The notes: generated from the letters alone by a model not told the origin. A DNA stretch of 59,311 bases from an uncultured Anaerolineales bacterium (GCA_903825565.1 CAIKBD010000150.1:1-59311), one strand, 5' to 3'. Shown: positions 27,348 to 35,597, numbered from the stretch's first letter. Numbers and translations are program-made.

Positions 27348-29396
27348 CTATTTGACGACAACGCTCAGCGCGTACTCCGCCGGTTCTGTTGTCGTTGGCG
27401 CGAACGGCGTGATCACGAGCGTCGCCTTGGTCACGTCTTTGCCGAAACCGGCGAGCGTGAGACTGCCGCGATTCTGCGCGTCGAGCGCGAGCCGCGTGAC
27501 CCGCGCCTGCGCGCCGGCTTGAATCACCTGCACGATGTACTGTTGCGGCAACACATTGTCGCTCCGCACAAAGCCGGCGGCTTGCCAACCGCCCTCGCCG
27601 CTTTCGATGTCATCCGTGTAATTGATCTCCGGGATCGTAATGTCGTCAATCGCCCAGCCCGGCAAGTTCACCGCATCGTCCGTGATGTACTCAAAGCGCA
27701 CGAGGATCGTCTTGCCGGCATACGGCGACAAATCCACTTGCTCCGGCATCCAACGCGCCGGGTCTTTCGATTTTCCGTCCGGCACCCCGGAACGCCCGGT
27801 GAATGCGTGCCCGTAACTTGCGCCGCCCGGGTTGCTCGTCGTCGTCTGCTTGCCCGGCAAAATGTCCCAGGTTTTGCCGCCGTCCGGCGAGACCTCGACG
27901 TACGCATAATCGTAATCCCGTTCGATTTCGTACCACGTCCAAAAATTCAGCGTCGCCTTGGTCGCGCGCGTCAGATCGAATTGGCGCGTCAGCGTCATGT
28001 TCGAGAGATCGGCGCGGTTGGAGTACCATACCCATTTGCCGCCGTGCGCGTCTGCCGGCAACAGGTTTGCGGTTGTCGTGCCGGTGAATGTAATCGTCAC
28101 GCTCCCACTCGTCGGTTGCACCGTCAGATAATTCGCCGCGTACTGTCGCGTCGTCAATGACCGCGTCGTGGGCAAGTCGGTGAGATTCGTCATCCGCGTG
28201 ATCCGAAAATTCTTTTCGTTTTCGTACGCGTACCGTCCTTTTTCAACGGCGGGATCGTTGAGCGCGTTGGTCACCGCCCAGTCCGCAAACAATTCTTCAA
28301 AGCGCAAACCGTTCGCGCGCTGATCGAGCGTGGCTTGGATACCATAGACGCCGTGGCGCGGCGCGCGAATCACCGCGCGCGAAAAATCGGGCCCAAAGCG
28401 TTGCGCGGTGTAACTAAAGAACAGGTACGACGCAACGTAATGCGCGAAATTGCTCTGCGGCTCATCCGACCAGGTATTCAACTGCGTGTCCGGCGCGCGC
28501 GCAAACGGCGCGAGATCGCCGGGCGGCAAGTTGTTCAACTTCATCGCCAGTTCGCTCATGCCCTCGTTGATCCAGCCCGTGTCGTGCGTCGCCTGATAGT
28601 GATGAATCAAGTGTTGGAACTCGTGCGCGATGATGCCGAGGTACTCGTCCGAACCTAGTTTCGCCGCATCGAGACTCATAAAGATCGCGTTGCGCTGATT
28701 GCTCTTGGGAAAAAAGACGCGTGGGTACGTATCGCCGCTCCCGTAATAGCCGGCGGTGCGCGCATCGAGTTTGCCGTTGAAAATATGAATCCGCGCTTCG
28801 CCATCAATTCCGCGCGGCACTTCGCCAAAGTACTGCGTATCGGTTGGATAAATCTGCTTTTCAAACGCCTCCGCCGATTTTTGCAACGCCGCTTGATCAA
28901 ATTTGTACGTGTCCTCGATCCAGAACAAGGCGTGCGGCGTGATGAATTGCAACGTCGCGCTCGCCGTCCGATACGTGCCGGTCGTCATATCTTCGGTGAT
29001 GAAAAACTGATCGCGTTCGCCAATTTGCCACGCGCGCGGCAGCGGCGTGGGAATCGGCGTCAACAGGGTGAGGTCTTTTTTCAGACGCGGAACGATTTGG
29101 TACAGATCGCGGTGCGGAATATCCGCGCGCGCTAACGCGTTTGCCGTCAGCGGCGACAACACCGGCGTCGTGGCGCGCGTGGGTATCGGCGTGCGCGGCG
29201 CCGACGTCGGCGAACCGGCCGCCGGGCTGGGCCGCGCCAGAGTTAGCGGGGCTTGCGTCGGCGGCACAGCCACGCGGCTTGGCGTGATGCGCGCTTGCGC
29301 CAACCACCACACACTACCGCCGGCGATGAGCACCAGCACGCCGCAAAGGCACACGCTCAACAATCCGATTAACGCAATGAGTATTTTGCGATTCAT
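27348..29396 (-). CDS. Secreted zinc metalloprotease, immune-inhibitor-A (M6)-like
   Basis: ATG 29396 is followed by a signal anchor. Has HExxH (IIAHEFQHLIHH). The C-terminal domain reads FWTWYEIERDYDYAYVEVSPDGGKTWDIL...VRFEYITDDAVNLPGWAIDDI, as in InhA-type enzymes. Confidence 0.7.
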   Translation of the reverse strand: MNRKILIALIGLLSVCLCGVLVLIAGGSVWWLAQARITPSRVAVPPTQAPLTLARPSPAAGSPTSAPRTPIPTRATTPVLSPLTANALARADIPHRDLYQIVPRLKKDLTLLTPIPTPLPRAWQIGERDQFFITEDMTTGTYRTASATLQFITPHALFWIEDTYKFDQAALQKSAEAFEKQIYPTDTQYFGEVPRGIDGEARIHIFNGKLDARTAGYYGSGDTYPRVFFPKSNQRNAIFMSLDAAKLGSDEYLGIIAHEFQHLIHHYQATHDTGWINEGMSELAMKLNNLPPGDLAPFARAPDTQLNTWSDEPQSNFAHYVASYLFFSYTAQRFGPDFSRAVIRAPRHGVYGIQATLDQRANGLRFEELFADWAVTNALNDPAVEKGRYAYENEKNFRITRMTNLTDLPTTRSLTTRQYAANYLTVQPTSGSVTITFTGTTTANLLPADAHGGKWVWYSNRADLSNMTLTRQFDLTRATKATLNFWTWYEIERDYDYAYVEVSPDGGKTWDILPGKQTTTSNPGGASYGHAFTGRSGVPDGKSKDPARWMPEQVDLSPYAGKTILVRFEYITDDAVNLPGWAIDDITIPEINYTDDIESGEGGWQAAGFVRSDNVLPQQYIVQVIQAGAQARVTRLALDAQNRGSLTLAGFGKDVTKATLVITPFAPTTTEPAEYALSVVVK

Positions 29397-29453
29397 AATT
29401 TTTCCTTTTTCGCGGAGCATGGGTTGGGAACGCGCGGCATTATAACACAAGTA

Positions 29454-29490
29454 AATAAAAAAAGAGCAGGCATCTGAGCGATGCCTGCTC
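29454..29490 (-). terminator. Intrinsic terminator (minus strand)
   Basis: 11-bp stem GAGCAGGCATC / GATGCCTGCTC. On the minus strand it is followed by TTTTTTTATTT. Confidence 0.7.
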
Positions 29491-29633
29491 CGGCGCGTCA
29501 GCGGGCGGCGGAAACGTTCGCTAAGAGTTGGTAAAAGAATAATTTCCTGTGTGTCGGCGCGGAACGGTGTCCGCGCCCTACGTCGGGAACGCTCGCCGGA
29601 GCGTTCCCGCAGGAATTTATTTTTTAACGAACC

Positions 29634-30035
29634 CTAACGAAACCGGGAACCGATGAGCGGCAGCCGTTTGAGCGCGGCGCGCGCGATCATCTTCGCCGCG
29701 CGCCCGGCGTAAATTCGTTCGTGCACCGTTTCGCGCACGATCCACTGCGCGGTGCCGTCCGCGCGAAAACCGTGCTCGACGCCCGCCGGCACGTAGAGCG
29801 TCATGCCCGGCGTGCCGCGCAGTTCGCGCCCGTCAATCAAAATCGTGCCCTCGCCTTCGAGCACGTCAAACGCCTCGTCCGTGTGTTCGTGGCGATGGTA
29901 GCGCACGACATTCCCGCGCGAAAAACAGAGCAACCGTCCAAAGAACGCCTCACCGTCCCACAAATTCACATTCGCCAATTGGTCCGGCGAAAATTTTTTA
30001 ATCTCGGCAACGTTCGCCGCGAAAAATCGTTTCAT
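29634..30035 (-). CDS. Cupin domain protein
   Basis: Cupin motifs (HRHEHTDEAFDVLEG.G; YVPAGVEHGF). Confidence 0.75.
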   Translation of the reverse strand: MKRFFAANVAEIKKFSPDQLANVNLWDGEAFFGRLLCFSRGNVVRYHRHEHTDEAFDVLEGEGTILIDGRELRGTPGMTLYVPAGVEHGFRADGTAQWIVRETVHERIYAGRAAKMIARAALKRLPLIGSRFR

Positions 30036-30052
30036 GCCTTCCTCGCTGAAAA

Positions 30053-30679
30053 TTATTTTTCCTGTGCCGCGCCCAGCGCGAACAACGCGGCGAGCGCAAA
30101 CGCGACGATGATGATTCCCGAAATGCGGTTGACCCAGCGCATCGCGCGTCGATCAAATTTCGCGCGCAGTAAACTCACGCCGCCGCTGAGGAGCAACCAC
30201 CACGCCGCCGAGCCGCTCAACACGCCGACGACCAGCGCGAGCGGCGCGAGATAATCGCCCGGCGGAATGACCACTTGAAAGCCGGCGAACACGGCGACGA
30301 ATGCGAGAATCGTCATCGGATTTGTCACCGTCAAGAAAAACGTCGAACTGTACGCGCCGACGCTGCCCTTGCCGGACGCGTTTGCCGGCTCATCCGCCGG
30401 TTGGGTCAGCAGAGTCCGCACACCCAGGTACAACAAAAACACGCCGCCGATCAATTGAAACCAGAACCGTTGCGCGATCAAAAAATCGGAGACGAGCGTC
30501 AAGCCGAATGCGGCGACGCTACCGTACAGCGCGTCCGCCGTCGCCGCGCCCAAGCCGGTTGCCAAGCCAACACTGCGCCCTTGGGCGAGCGTGCGCCGAA
30601 TGCACAACACCCCAATCGGGCCCACCGGCGCGGCAATGAGAAAACCGATGGCGAGTCCTTTAAGCAAAATTTCCATCAT
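30053..30679 (-). CDS. LysE/RhtB family amino-acid exporter
   Basis: GLAIGFLIAAPVGPIGVLCIRRTL is the typical LysE N-terminus, and there are 5-6 TM helices. I chose ATG 30679; a TTG at 30694 is the alternative. Confidence 0.8.
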   Translation of the reverse strand: MMEILLKGLAIGFLIAAPVGPIGVLCIRRTLAQGRSVGLATGLGAATADALYGSVAAFGLTLVSDFLIAQRFWFQLIGGVFLLYLGVRTLLTQPADEPANASGKGSVGAYSSTFFLTVTNPMTILAFVAVFAGFQVVIPPGDYLAPLALVVGVLSGSAAWWLLLSGGVSLLRAKFDRRAMRWVNRISGIIIVAFALAALFALGAAQEK

Positions 30680-30708
30680 AGTTATGCGGAACAATTTTGA
30701 AAATTGTC

Positions 30709-31248
30709 CTACTCTCCCGCCAAATCGCGCTTGCGAATTTCTTCGTCCGCCGGATTCTCGTACGCGTGTTGATCGCCCGCGGTGCCGCGCAATAACTGGA
30801 TCGCGTGCGGGATCGCCGGCAGGATCACCGCAAGGTTCTCACATGCGGCTTTGGGACTGCCCGGCAAGTTGACGATGAGCGTGTGCCCGCGAATGCCGGC
30901 GACCATCCGCGACAGCATCGCGTGCGGCGTTTTCTGCAAACTCGCCGCGAGCATCGCTTGCACCAAACCCGGCGCTTGGCGCTCGATCACTTGCTGGGTG
31001 GCTTCGGGCGTCACATCGCGCGGAGCAAACCCGGTGCCACCGGTCGTCAAAATCAAATCGAGGTGCGCGTCGTCGCACCATTTGATCAGCGCGGCTTTGA
31101 TCGCGCTGAAATTATCCGGCACGATGAACGTCAAATCCACGTCTTCGCCAAAATGTTTTTCGATCAGGACGCGGAGCGCGGGTCCCGATTCGTCTTCGTA
31201 AATGCCTTGCGCCGCGCGGTCGCTGATGGTGAGGATTCCAATTCTCAT
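30709..31248 (-). CDS. mog: Molybdopterin adenylyltransferase MogA/MoaB family
   Basis: IGILTISDR...LILTTGGTGFAPRDVTPEAT...GIRGHTLIVNLPGSPKA. Confidence 0.85.
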   Translation of the reverse strand: MRIGILTISDRAAQGIYEDESGPALRVLIEKHFGEDVDLTFIVPDNFSAIKAALIKWCDDAHLDLILTTGGTGFAPRDVTPEATQQVIERQAPGLVQAMLAASLQKTPHAMLSRMVAGIRGHTLIVNLPGSPKAACENLAVILPAIPHAIQLLRGTAGDQHAYENPADEEIRKRDLAGE

Positions 31249-31250
31249 AG

Positions 31251-31319
31251 GGTTTCAGGTCTCTGGGTCAAGTTTCAGGTTTCAGGTTGTTCAACTTGAA
31301 ACCTGAAACTTGAAACCTA
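31251..31319. repeat. Heptamer-built (GTTTCAG/A) hairpin between the DmpA stop and the mog start
   Basis: 19-bp stem 31268-31286 / 31295-31313 with one G-T pair and loop TTGTTCAA. Both arms are tandem GGTTTCA units. Confidence 0.7.
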
Positions 31320-31320
31320 A

Positions 31321-32475
31321 TCACGGCAGATGCACGTGCCCGTGCCCGTACCGCCGCATCAAGTCCACCGTCTCTTCAAGCGGCAAGCCCGCCACCACGC
31401 GATCATCGCGCCCGATCATCGTGTCGGCTTTGAAGAGCGCGTTGAGCACCGCTTCTTCCGTCGCTTCGACGACCGACCAAAACAGGTGATTGATCAGATC
31501 GCCCTGCTCGACGATTTGCTCGACGTGGTAGGTGAGCGCGTCGGCGAAATGTTTTTTGCGCCGCGTCGTCGAAAACGCGATGACGAAATCGCCGCTCGTG
31601 TTGCCGGTGTGCGAGCCGGTGCGCGCGAGTCCGTTCTGCGCGCGCACGGCAAGCCGGTTGAGTTGGCGATACGAACACGGCGCGTCGGTCGCCACGACGA
31701 CGATCACCGAGCCGCTGTCCAGCGTGGTTTTGATCTCCGGCGGATTTTCGGATTTGCGGCGAAGCGGTTTGTAGCGTTGCAGTTCGCGCCCGACCGGCAC
31801 GCCGTCAATCAGCAATTGCGGCCGCCAACCAAAGTTCGCTTGCACGAGCACGCCGACGGTGTACCCGCCGAGTTTGTCCGGCAATTTGCGCGACGCCGTG
31901 CCGATGCCGCCTTTGAAATCGTAGCACGTCATCCCGGTGCCGCCGCCGACCGCGCCCTCGAGCACTGCGCCGCCCGCCGCCGTGTCAATCGCGTGAAAGA
32001 CGTGCTCGCGTGTGACGTGGCGGCCGCGAATATCGTTGAGCAACATGTCGCTCGTTTCGGCGACGACCGGGCTAATGCCCCAGGTGTCCACGCCCATCGC
32101 CTCGTTGCGCGCGATGCTCCAATCAATCACGGCGTCGGCGACGCGCGGCACGTTCCACGTGTTCGTCAGCATAATGGGTCCTTCGATGAAACCCATCTCG
32201 TGAATCTGTTCCGAGTTGGTCACTTCGCCAAAGCCATTGATCCGCAAAACCGTGCCGGTCACTTTATCGAGAAACAGGTCGCCGCCATGCGGCAGGATCG
32301 CGGTGACGCCGGTGCGAATCGGTCCGACGCCGGGCACAAGCTTGCCCGCGCCTTCGATCAGCGTCGTGTGTCCGACGCGCACACCGGCAACATCGGTGAT
32401 GGCGTTGTAGCGTCCAGGTTTGACGCGTCCGATTTTAATTCCCAGGTCGCGTGCGCGGGGGCGGTGTGATGACAT
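31321..32475 (-). CDS. P1 (S58) family peptidase, DmpA/L-aminopeptidase-like
   Basis: ATG 32475 is preceded by GGAAGGA. Motifs: NAITDVAGVRVGHTT, and GTGMTCYDFKGGIGTASR, which marks the self-processing site region. The ORF-track start at 32673 is an upstream extension. Confidence 0.85.
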   Translation of the reverse strand: MSSHRPRARDLGIKIGRVKPGRYNAITDVAGVRVGHTTLIEGAGKLVPGVGPIRTGVTAILPHGGDLFLDKVTGTVLRINGFGEVTNSEQIHEMGFIEGPIMLTNTWNVPRVADAVIDWSIARNEAMGVDTWGISPVVAETSDMLLNDIRGRHVTREHVFHAIDTAAGGAVLEGAVGGGTGMTCYDFKGGIGTASRKLPDKLGGYTVGVLVQANFGWRPQLLIDGVPVGRELQRYKPLRRKSENPPEIKTTLDSGSVIVVVATDAPCSYRQLNRLAVRAQNGLARTGSHTGNTSGDFVIAFSTTRRKKHFADALTYHVEQIVEQGDLINHLFWSVVEATEEAVLNALFKADTMIGRDDRVVAGLPLEETVDLMRRYGHGHVHLP

Positions 32476-32509
32476 GTGCTTATTCCTTCCTCTTGGAACG
32501 AAAAACCCC

Positions 32510-32878
32510 TCACGCGGCAGAGGGGCTGGCATTTTTCTTGCGTGCGCGGCGCCGATAAATAACCTTGCCCGTGCGCCGAATCTCGTCGGCGAACGAGCCG
32601 CGTTCGGCATCGCGCCATTGGCGCGGCGTATAGCCGATGGCTTGAATCGGCTCGCGCAAAGACATATTGGCAAAGCCGAGCGTTTCGTAGCGTTCGCGCA
32701 AATTCAAACGCGCGAATTGCGGCGCGATGATCGCGAGGTCAATATCGCTTCCCTCGCGCGCGCGGTTGTGCGCGTACGAGCCGAACAGCACGACCTGCTG
32801 GACGTGAATCCCGCGCGTTTGCAAATTGGCGATATAGCGGTCTACGATGCTTTTAATCTGGAATCGCGTTCTAACCAT
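32510..32878 (-). CDS. Minimal nucleotidyltransferase (MNT/MntA-type)
   Basis: LFGSYAHNRAREGSDIDLAI matches the GS...DxD NTase signature. 122 aa. Confidence 0.8.
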   Translation of the reverse strand: MVRTRFQIKSIVDRYIANLQTRGIHVQQVVLFGSYAHNRAREGSDIDLAIIAPQFARLNLRERYETLGFANMSLREPIQAIGYTPRQWRDAERGSFADEIRRTGKVIYRRRARKKNASPSAA

Positions 32879-33066
32879 TTGAGAAACGCCTTGGTCTCTG
32901 TTAGAAATTCTTGGGCGCTTGGCGCAGACTCGATGTCATATTTCGAACTTGCCAACCAATTTGCGGTCGTCTTTTTCAAGGTAGCCCTTGCAGGTATTAT
33001 AACCTACTTGAACAAGGTTCGCAAAATGTTATGCGCGGCCGGGTGTGCGTTACGTTTTTGGGCGAA

Positions 33067-33228
33067 CGCCGCCGAATGGAATTCGGCGTCTCACGCTGGC
33101 ACGTCTTTGAAGCGGCGCAAAGCGCCGCGCAATGGTCGTGCCAGCGAGGTGAAAATCGGTTGGAAACCGATTCGCGCAACTCGGTTCACCGAGTTTTCAC
33201 CGATTGAGCCGTCGTTTGAAAACGACGG
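33067..33228. other. Cluster of five consecutive stem-loops (candidate structured RNA or REP-like cluster)
   Basis: H1: 33070-33077/33081-33088. H2: outer stem 33094-33103/33137-33146 and apical stem 33112-33118/33122-33128. H3: 33154-33161/33165-33172. H4: 33178-33185/33188-33195. H5: 33209-33216/33221-33228. An alternative pairing is GGTGAAAA 33148-33155 with TTTTCACC 33194-33201. Confidence 0.45.
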
Positions 33229-33310
33229 CGGTAGCACCCAAAATTTTGACGCCCACCCCGCGCTTGGTCTTGTCCGTTTCATCCGATTTTGTCCGTTGTC
33301 ATTCCCAGCA

Positions 33311-34729
33311 TCAGGGTGAGCGGGCGCAACGAAAACCAACGACGTAATCCGAGTTAGTCGGTTCGCTGAGGTGGCGGGTAGCCGCGCGCGCGTCGTATCT
33401 GCTGTTGCCCCACGCGCCGCCGTGCAAGAGCCGTGACGATCCCGAACTGGGTCCCGTTGGATTCCGTTGCGTCCCACTCGAATAACTGCCATACCAATCC
33501 GCGATCCACTCCAAGACGTTGCCGGACAAATCCATTATACCATACGGACTCGCGCCAGATGGATACGCGCCAACCTGGGCTGTGTCGCCTTTACCACCGT
33601 CAGCAGAATTGAGTAGATTTTTGTCAAACGCATCGCCCCAGGGATAAATTCGTCCGTCCGTTCCGCGCGCGGCTTTTTCCCACTGCGCCTCAGTCGGCAA
33701 TTGTTTCCCTGCCCACTCACAGTACGTCTTTGCCTGATTCCAGTCTACGTAAACTACCGGATAGTTATCAAACTGCGTGTTGCCAAAGTACGAACTGCGT
33801 GTGTACGATTTGGTTTCGCTCGGACGCGAACATTTTCCGGCGTTGACGCACGTTGCGTACAGCGCGTTCGTCACCTCGTACTTGTCCATCCAAAACGCGT
33901 CCAGGTAAACGGTGTGAATTGGTTTTTCATTGTCGTAACCGTTGCTCCCCATCGCAAACTCGCCCGCCGGCACAAGCATCATCGGCGAGTTGTCCGGCGC
34001 AAACGCGCGCGTGTCGCCGGCGCGCGGCGTGGGTGTAACGCGCGGCGTTTCGGTCGGCGTGGCGGTTGGTATTGGCATTGCCGTAGCCGACAGCGTAAAA
34101 GTATTTGATGGACGCGCCACAACCTGGGTTGGCGTTGGTGTTGGGCTATTCAAAAAACTATACACGCCAAATCCAACCAAGATACAGAGCAACACAACTC
34201 CTATGCCGCCGACACCAACCGGGCCAAGCCAGTTCGGAAACGAAGCGGTGTTCGACGCGACGGCTTCCGGCGGCGGCGCATACATCGGCGGCGGTGGCTT
34301 GGCGCGCACACCAAACCCCTTGGTCAGCACCACGTTCAGCGCGTTGGTGTAACGCGTTTCATCGCGCCAATCGCTAAACTCCACATAGAGCAAATGCCGC
34401 AAACGCGCCGGCACTTGACATTTTTCCGCGATCACCGGCATGATGTGCGGTCGCTCGTTCCGTGCCCGGTCACGGCCCAACGTAATCGCGATGTCAATTT
34501 CCCAATCGCACCACGGCGATTTGAGCGCGGCAGGCGACAGCACCGGAATGTACACATCGCACGTTTCCAATCCATGCTCGATGCGCGACGGAATGCTCTC
34601 GCCCGGGCGAATCGAACGCTCGTCGAGAAAACCGTCCAAGCCGCTCGCGCGCAGATCGTCACACAACTTGCGCGCGAACTCAATGTCGTTCCACGAATGC
34701 GTGATAAAAAAGCGCGTCGGATTGGGCAT
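33311..34729 (-). CDS. TIR domain - single TM - FGE/SUMF1 domain protein
   Basis: N-terminus: FFITHSWNDIEFARKL...VYIPVLSPAALKSPWCDWEIDIA, which is TIR_2-like. TM helix: GPVGVGGIGVVLLCILVGFGVYSFL. C-terminus: LVPAGEFAMGS...YPVVYVDWNQAKTYCEWAGKQLPTEAQWEKAARGTDGRIYPWG...LLHGGAW...GFRCA. SD AAGAGGA precedes the start. Confidence 0.8.
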   Translation of the reverse strand: MPNPTRFFITHSWNDIEFARKLCDDLRASGLDGFLDERSIRPGESIPSRIEHGLETCDVYIPVLSPAALKSPWCDWEIDIAITLGRDRARNERPHIMPVIAEKCQVPARLRHLLYVEFSDWRDETRYTNALNVVLTKGFGVRAKPPPPMYAPPPEAVASNTASFPNWLGPVGVGGIGVVLLCILVGFGVYSFLNSPTPTPTQVVARPSNTFTLSATAMPIPTATPTETPRVTPTPRAGDTRAFAPDNSPMMLVPAGEFAMGSNGYDNEKPIHTVYLDAFWMDKYEVTNALYATCVNAGKCSRPSETKSYTRSSYFGNTQFDNYPVVYVDWNQAKTYCEWAGKQLPTEAQWEKAARGTDGRIYPWGDAFDKNLLNSADGGKGDTAQVGAYPSGASPYGIMDLSGNVLEWIADWYGSYSSGTQRNPTGPSSGSSRLLHGGAWGNSRYDARAATRHLSEPTNSDYVVGFRCARSP

Positions 34730-34740
34730 TGCATCCTCTT

Positions 34741-34768
34741 GTCATTCTTCATTCGTCATTTGTCATTC
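34741..34768. repeat. Tandem heptamer array (GTCATTY x4) overlapping the GNAT stop codon
   Basis: GTCATTC TTCATTC GTCATTT GTCATTC. On the minus strand it reads GAATGAC AAATGAC..., and the TGA stop lies inside a unit. Confidence 0.6.
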
Positions 34769-35206
34769 GCCCATCAGCGTCTTGCCCATCAGCGTCAAAT
34801 CCATTATATCCCAATCCAGCCGCTGGTAAAACTCAATCACGTCCGCGTTCTCGCGCTTGACGAGCAAGTACGCCTTGACGCAACCCTTTGCGCGCAGCCG
34901 CCGTTCGAGTTCCGCCATCAGCAGTTTGCCGATCCCGTTCCGGCGGTAAGCCGGTTCAACCGCGAGATGATAGATCAGCCCGCGCCGCCCATCGTACCCG
35001 CCGATCACCGTGCCGACGATCCTGCGCGCAGTCGCAGGATTGCCGTCGTCTTCGGCGACCAAAAACAAATCGGGATCGCGTTGCAACTTTTTCGTGATCT
35101 CTTCGCGCGAGTCGGAGCGACTCAACCCAATGCCCGGTCCCGCGTTCTGCCACAACGCGTACGCCGCGCCGTAATCGTCCATCGTAAATTCACGAATCGC
35201 GATCAC
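34763..35206 (-). CDS. GNAT family N-acetyltransferase
   Basis: IYHLAVEPAYRRNGIGKLLMAELERRL is the acetyl-CoA-binding motif A. 147 aa. Confidence 0.85.
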   Translation of the reverse strand: MIAIREFTMDDYGAAYALWQNAGPGIGLSRSDSREEITKKLQRDPDLFLVAEDDGNPATARRIVGTVIGGYDGRRGLIYHLAVEPAYRRNGIGKLLMAELERRLRAKGCVKAYLLVKRENADVIEFYQRLDWDIMDLTLMGKTLMGE

Positions 35207-35241
35207 CCGTTCACATTTCCTTTCCCGTTCAGTCCACTGGT

Positions 35242-35463
35242 TTACCTGGAAAAATATCCCGTCCCGAATATCAGCGCGAGACCGAGCAAAGCCACTGCCA
35301 GCCCAACGCGATTCATAATGTACTCACGCTCGGTGAGGAGGTCCTTGCTCAGCCAAATTCTTTGCCGCACCTTACGATCACGCGTGCGCCGAACGTACAT
35401 AATCTCGGAGGCAATAAACATTGCCCAACCCGCAAACGCAAGCACAGCAAATAAAGGAATCAT
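35242..35463 (-). CDS. Small two-TM membrane protein
   Basis: 73 aa. Helices are MIPLFAVLAFAGWAMFIASEIM and VGLAVALLGLALIFGTGYF, with a basic loop between them. Confidence 0.5.
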   Translation of the reverse strand: MIPLFAVLAFAGWAMFIASEIMYVRRTRDRKVRQRIWLSKDLLTEREYIMNRVGLAVALLGLALIFGTGYFSR

Positions 35464-35541
35464 TGGAAATCACCCCGGTTCTGTTGAGCCATCAACTAGC
35501 AAGGTTCACCGTAAATTCACGAATTGAAATCGTGCCCCGTC

Positions 35542-35597
35542 CCATTTGTCATTTGTCATTTGTTCATTCGTCATTCGTCATTTGTCATTTGTCATTA
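35542..35597. repeat. Tandem heptamer array (CATTTGT/CATTCGT x8) overlapping the stop of the LysM-peptidase gene
   Basis: Eight 7-nt units in the same orientation and of the same family as 34741-34768. The minus strand reads ...ATG ACA AAT GAC AAA TGA. Confidence 0.7.

Noticed and set aside
33091-33492. 133-aa minus-strand ORF covering the hairpin cluster and the TIR-gene 3' end
   Set aside because: It overlaps the TIR-FGE gene out of frame, its composition is Arg/Ala-rich, and it is better explained as non-coding.
34769-34796. In-frame 15-nt tandem duplication (GCCCATCAGCGTC twice) giving TLMGK-TLMGE at the GNAT C-terminus
   Set aside because: It is real in the sequence but is most simply slippage adjacent to the heptamer array. 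There is no evidence of functional significance.
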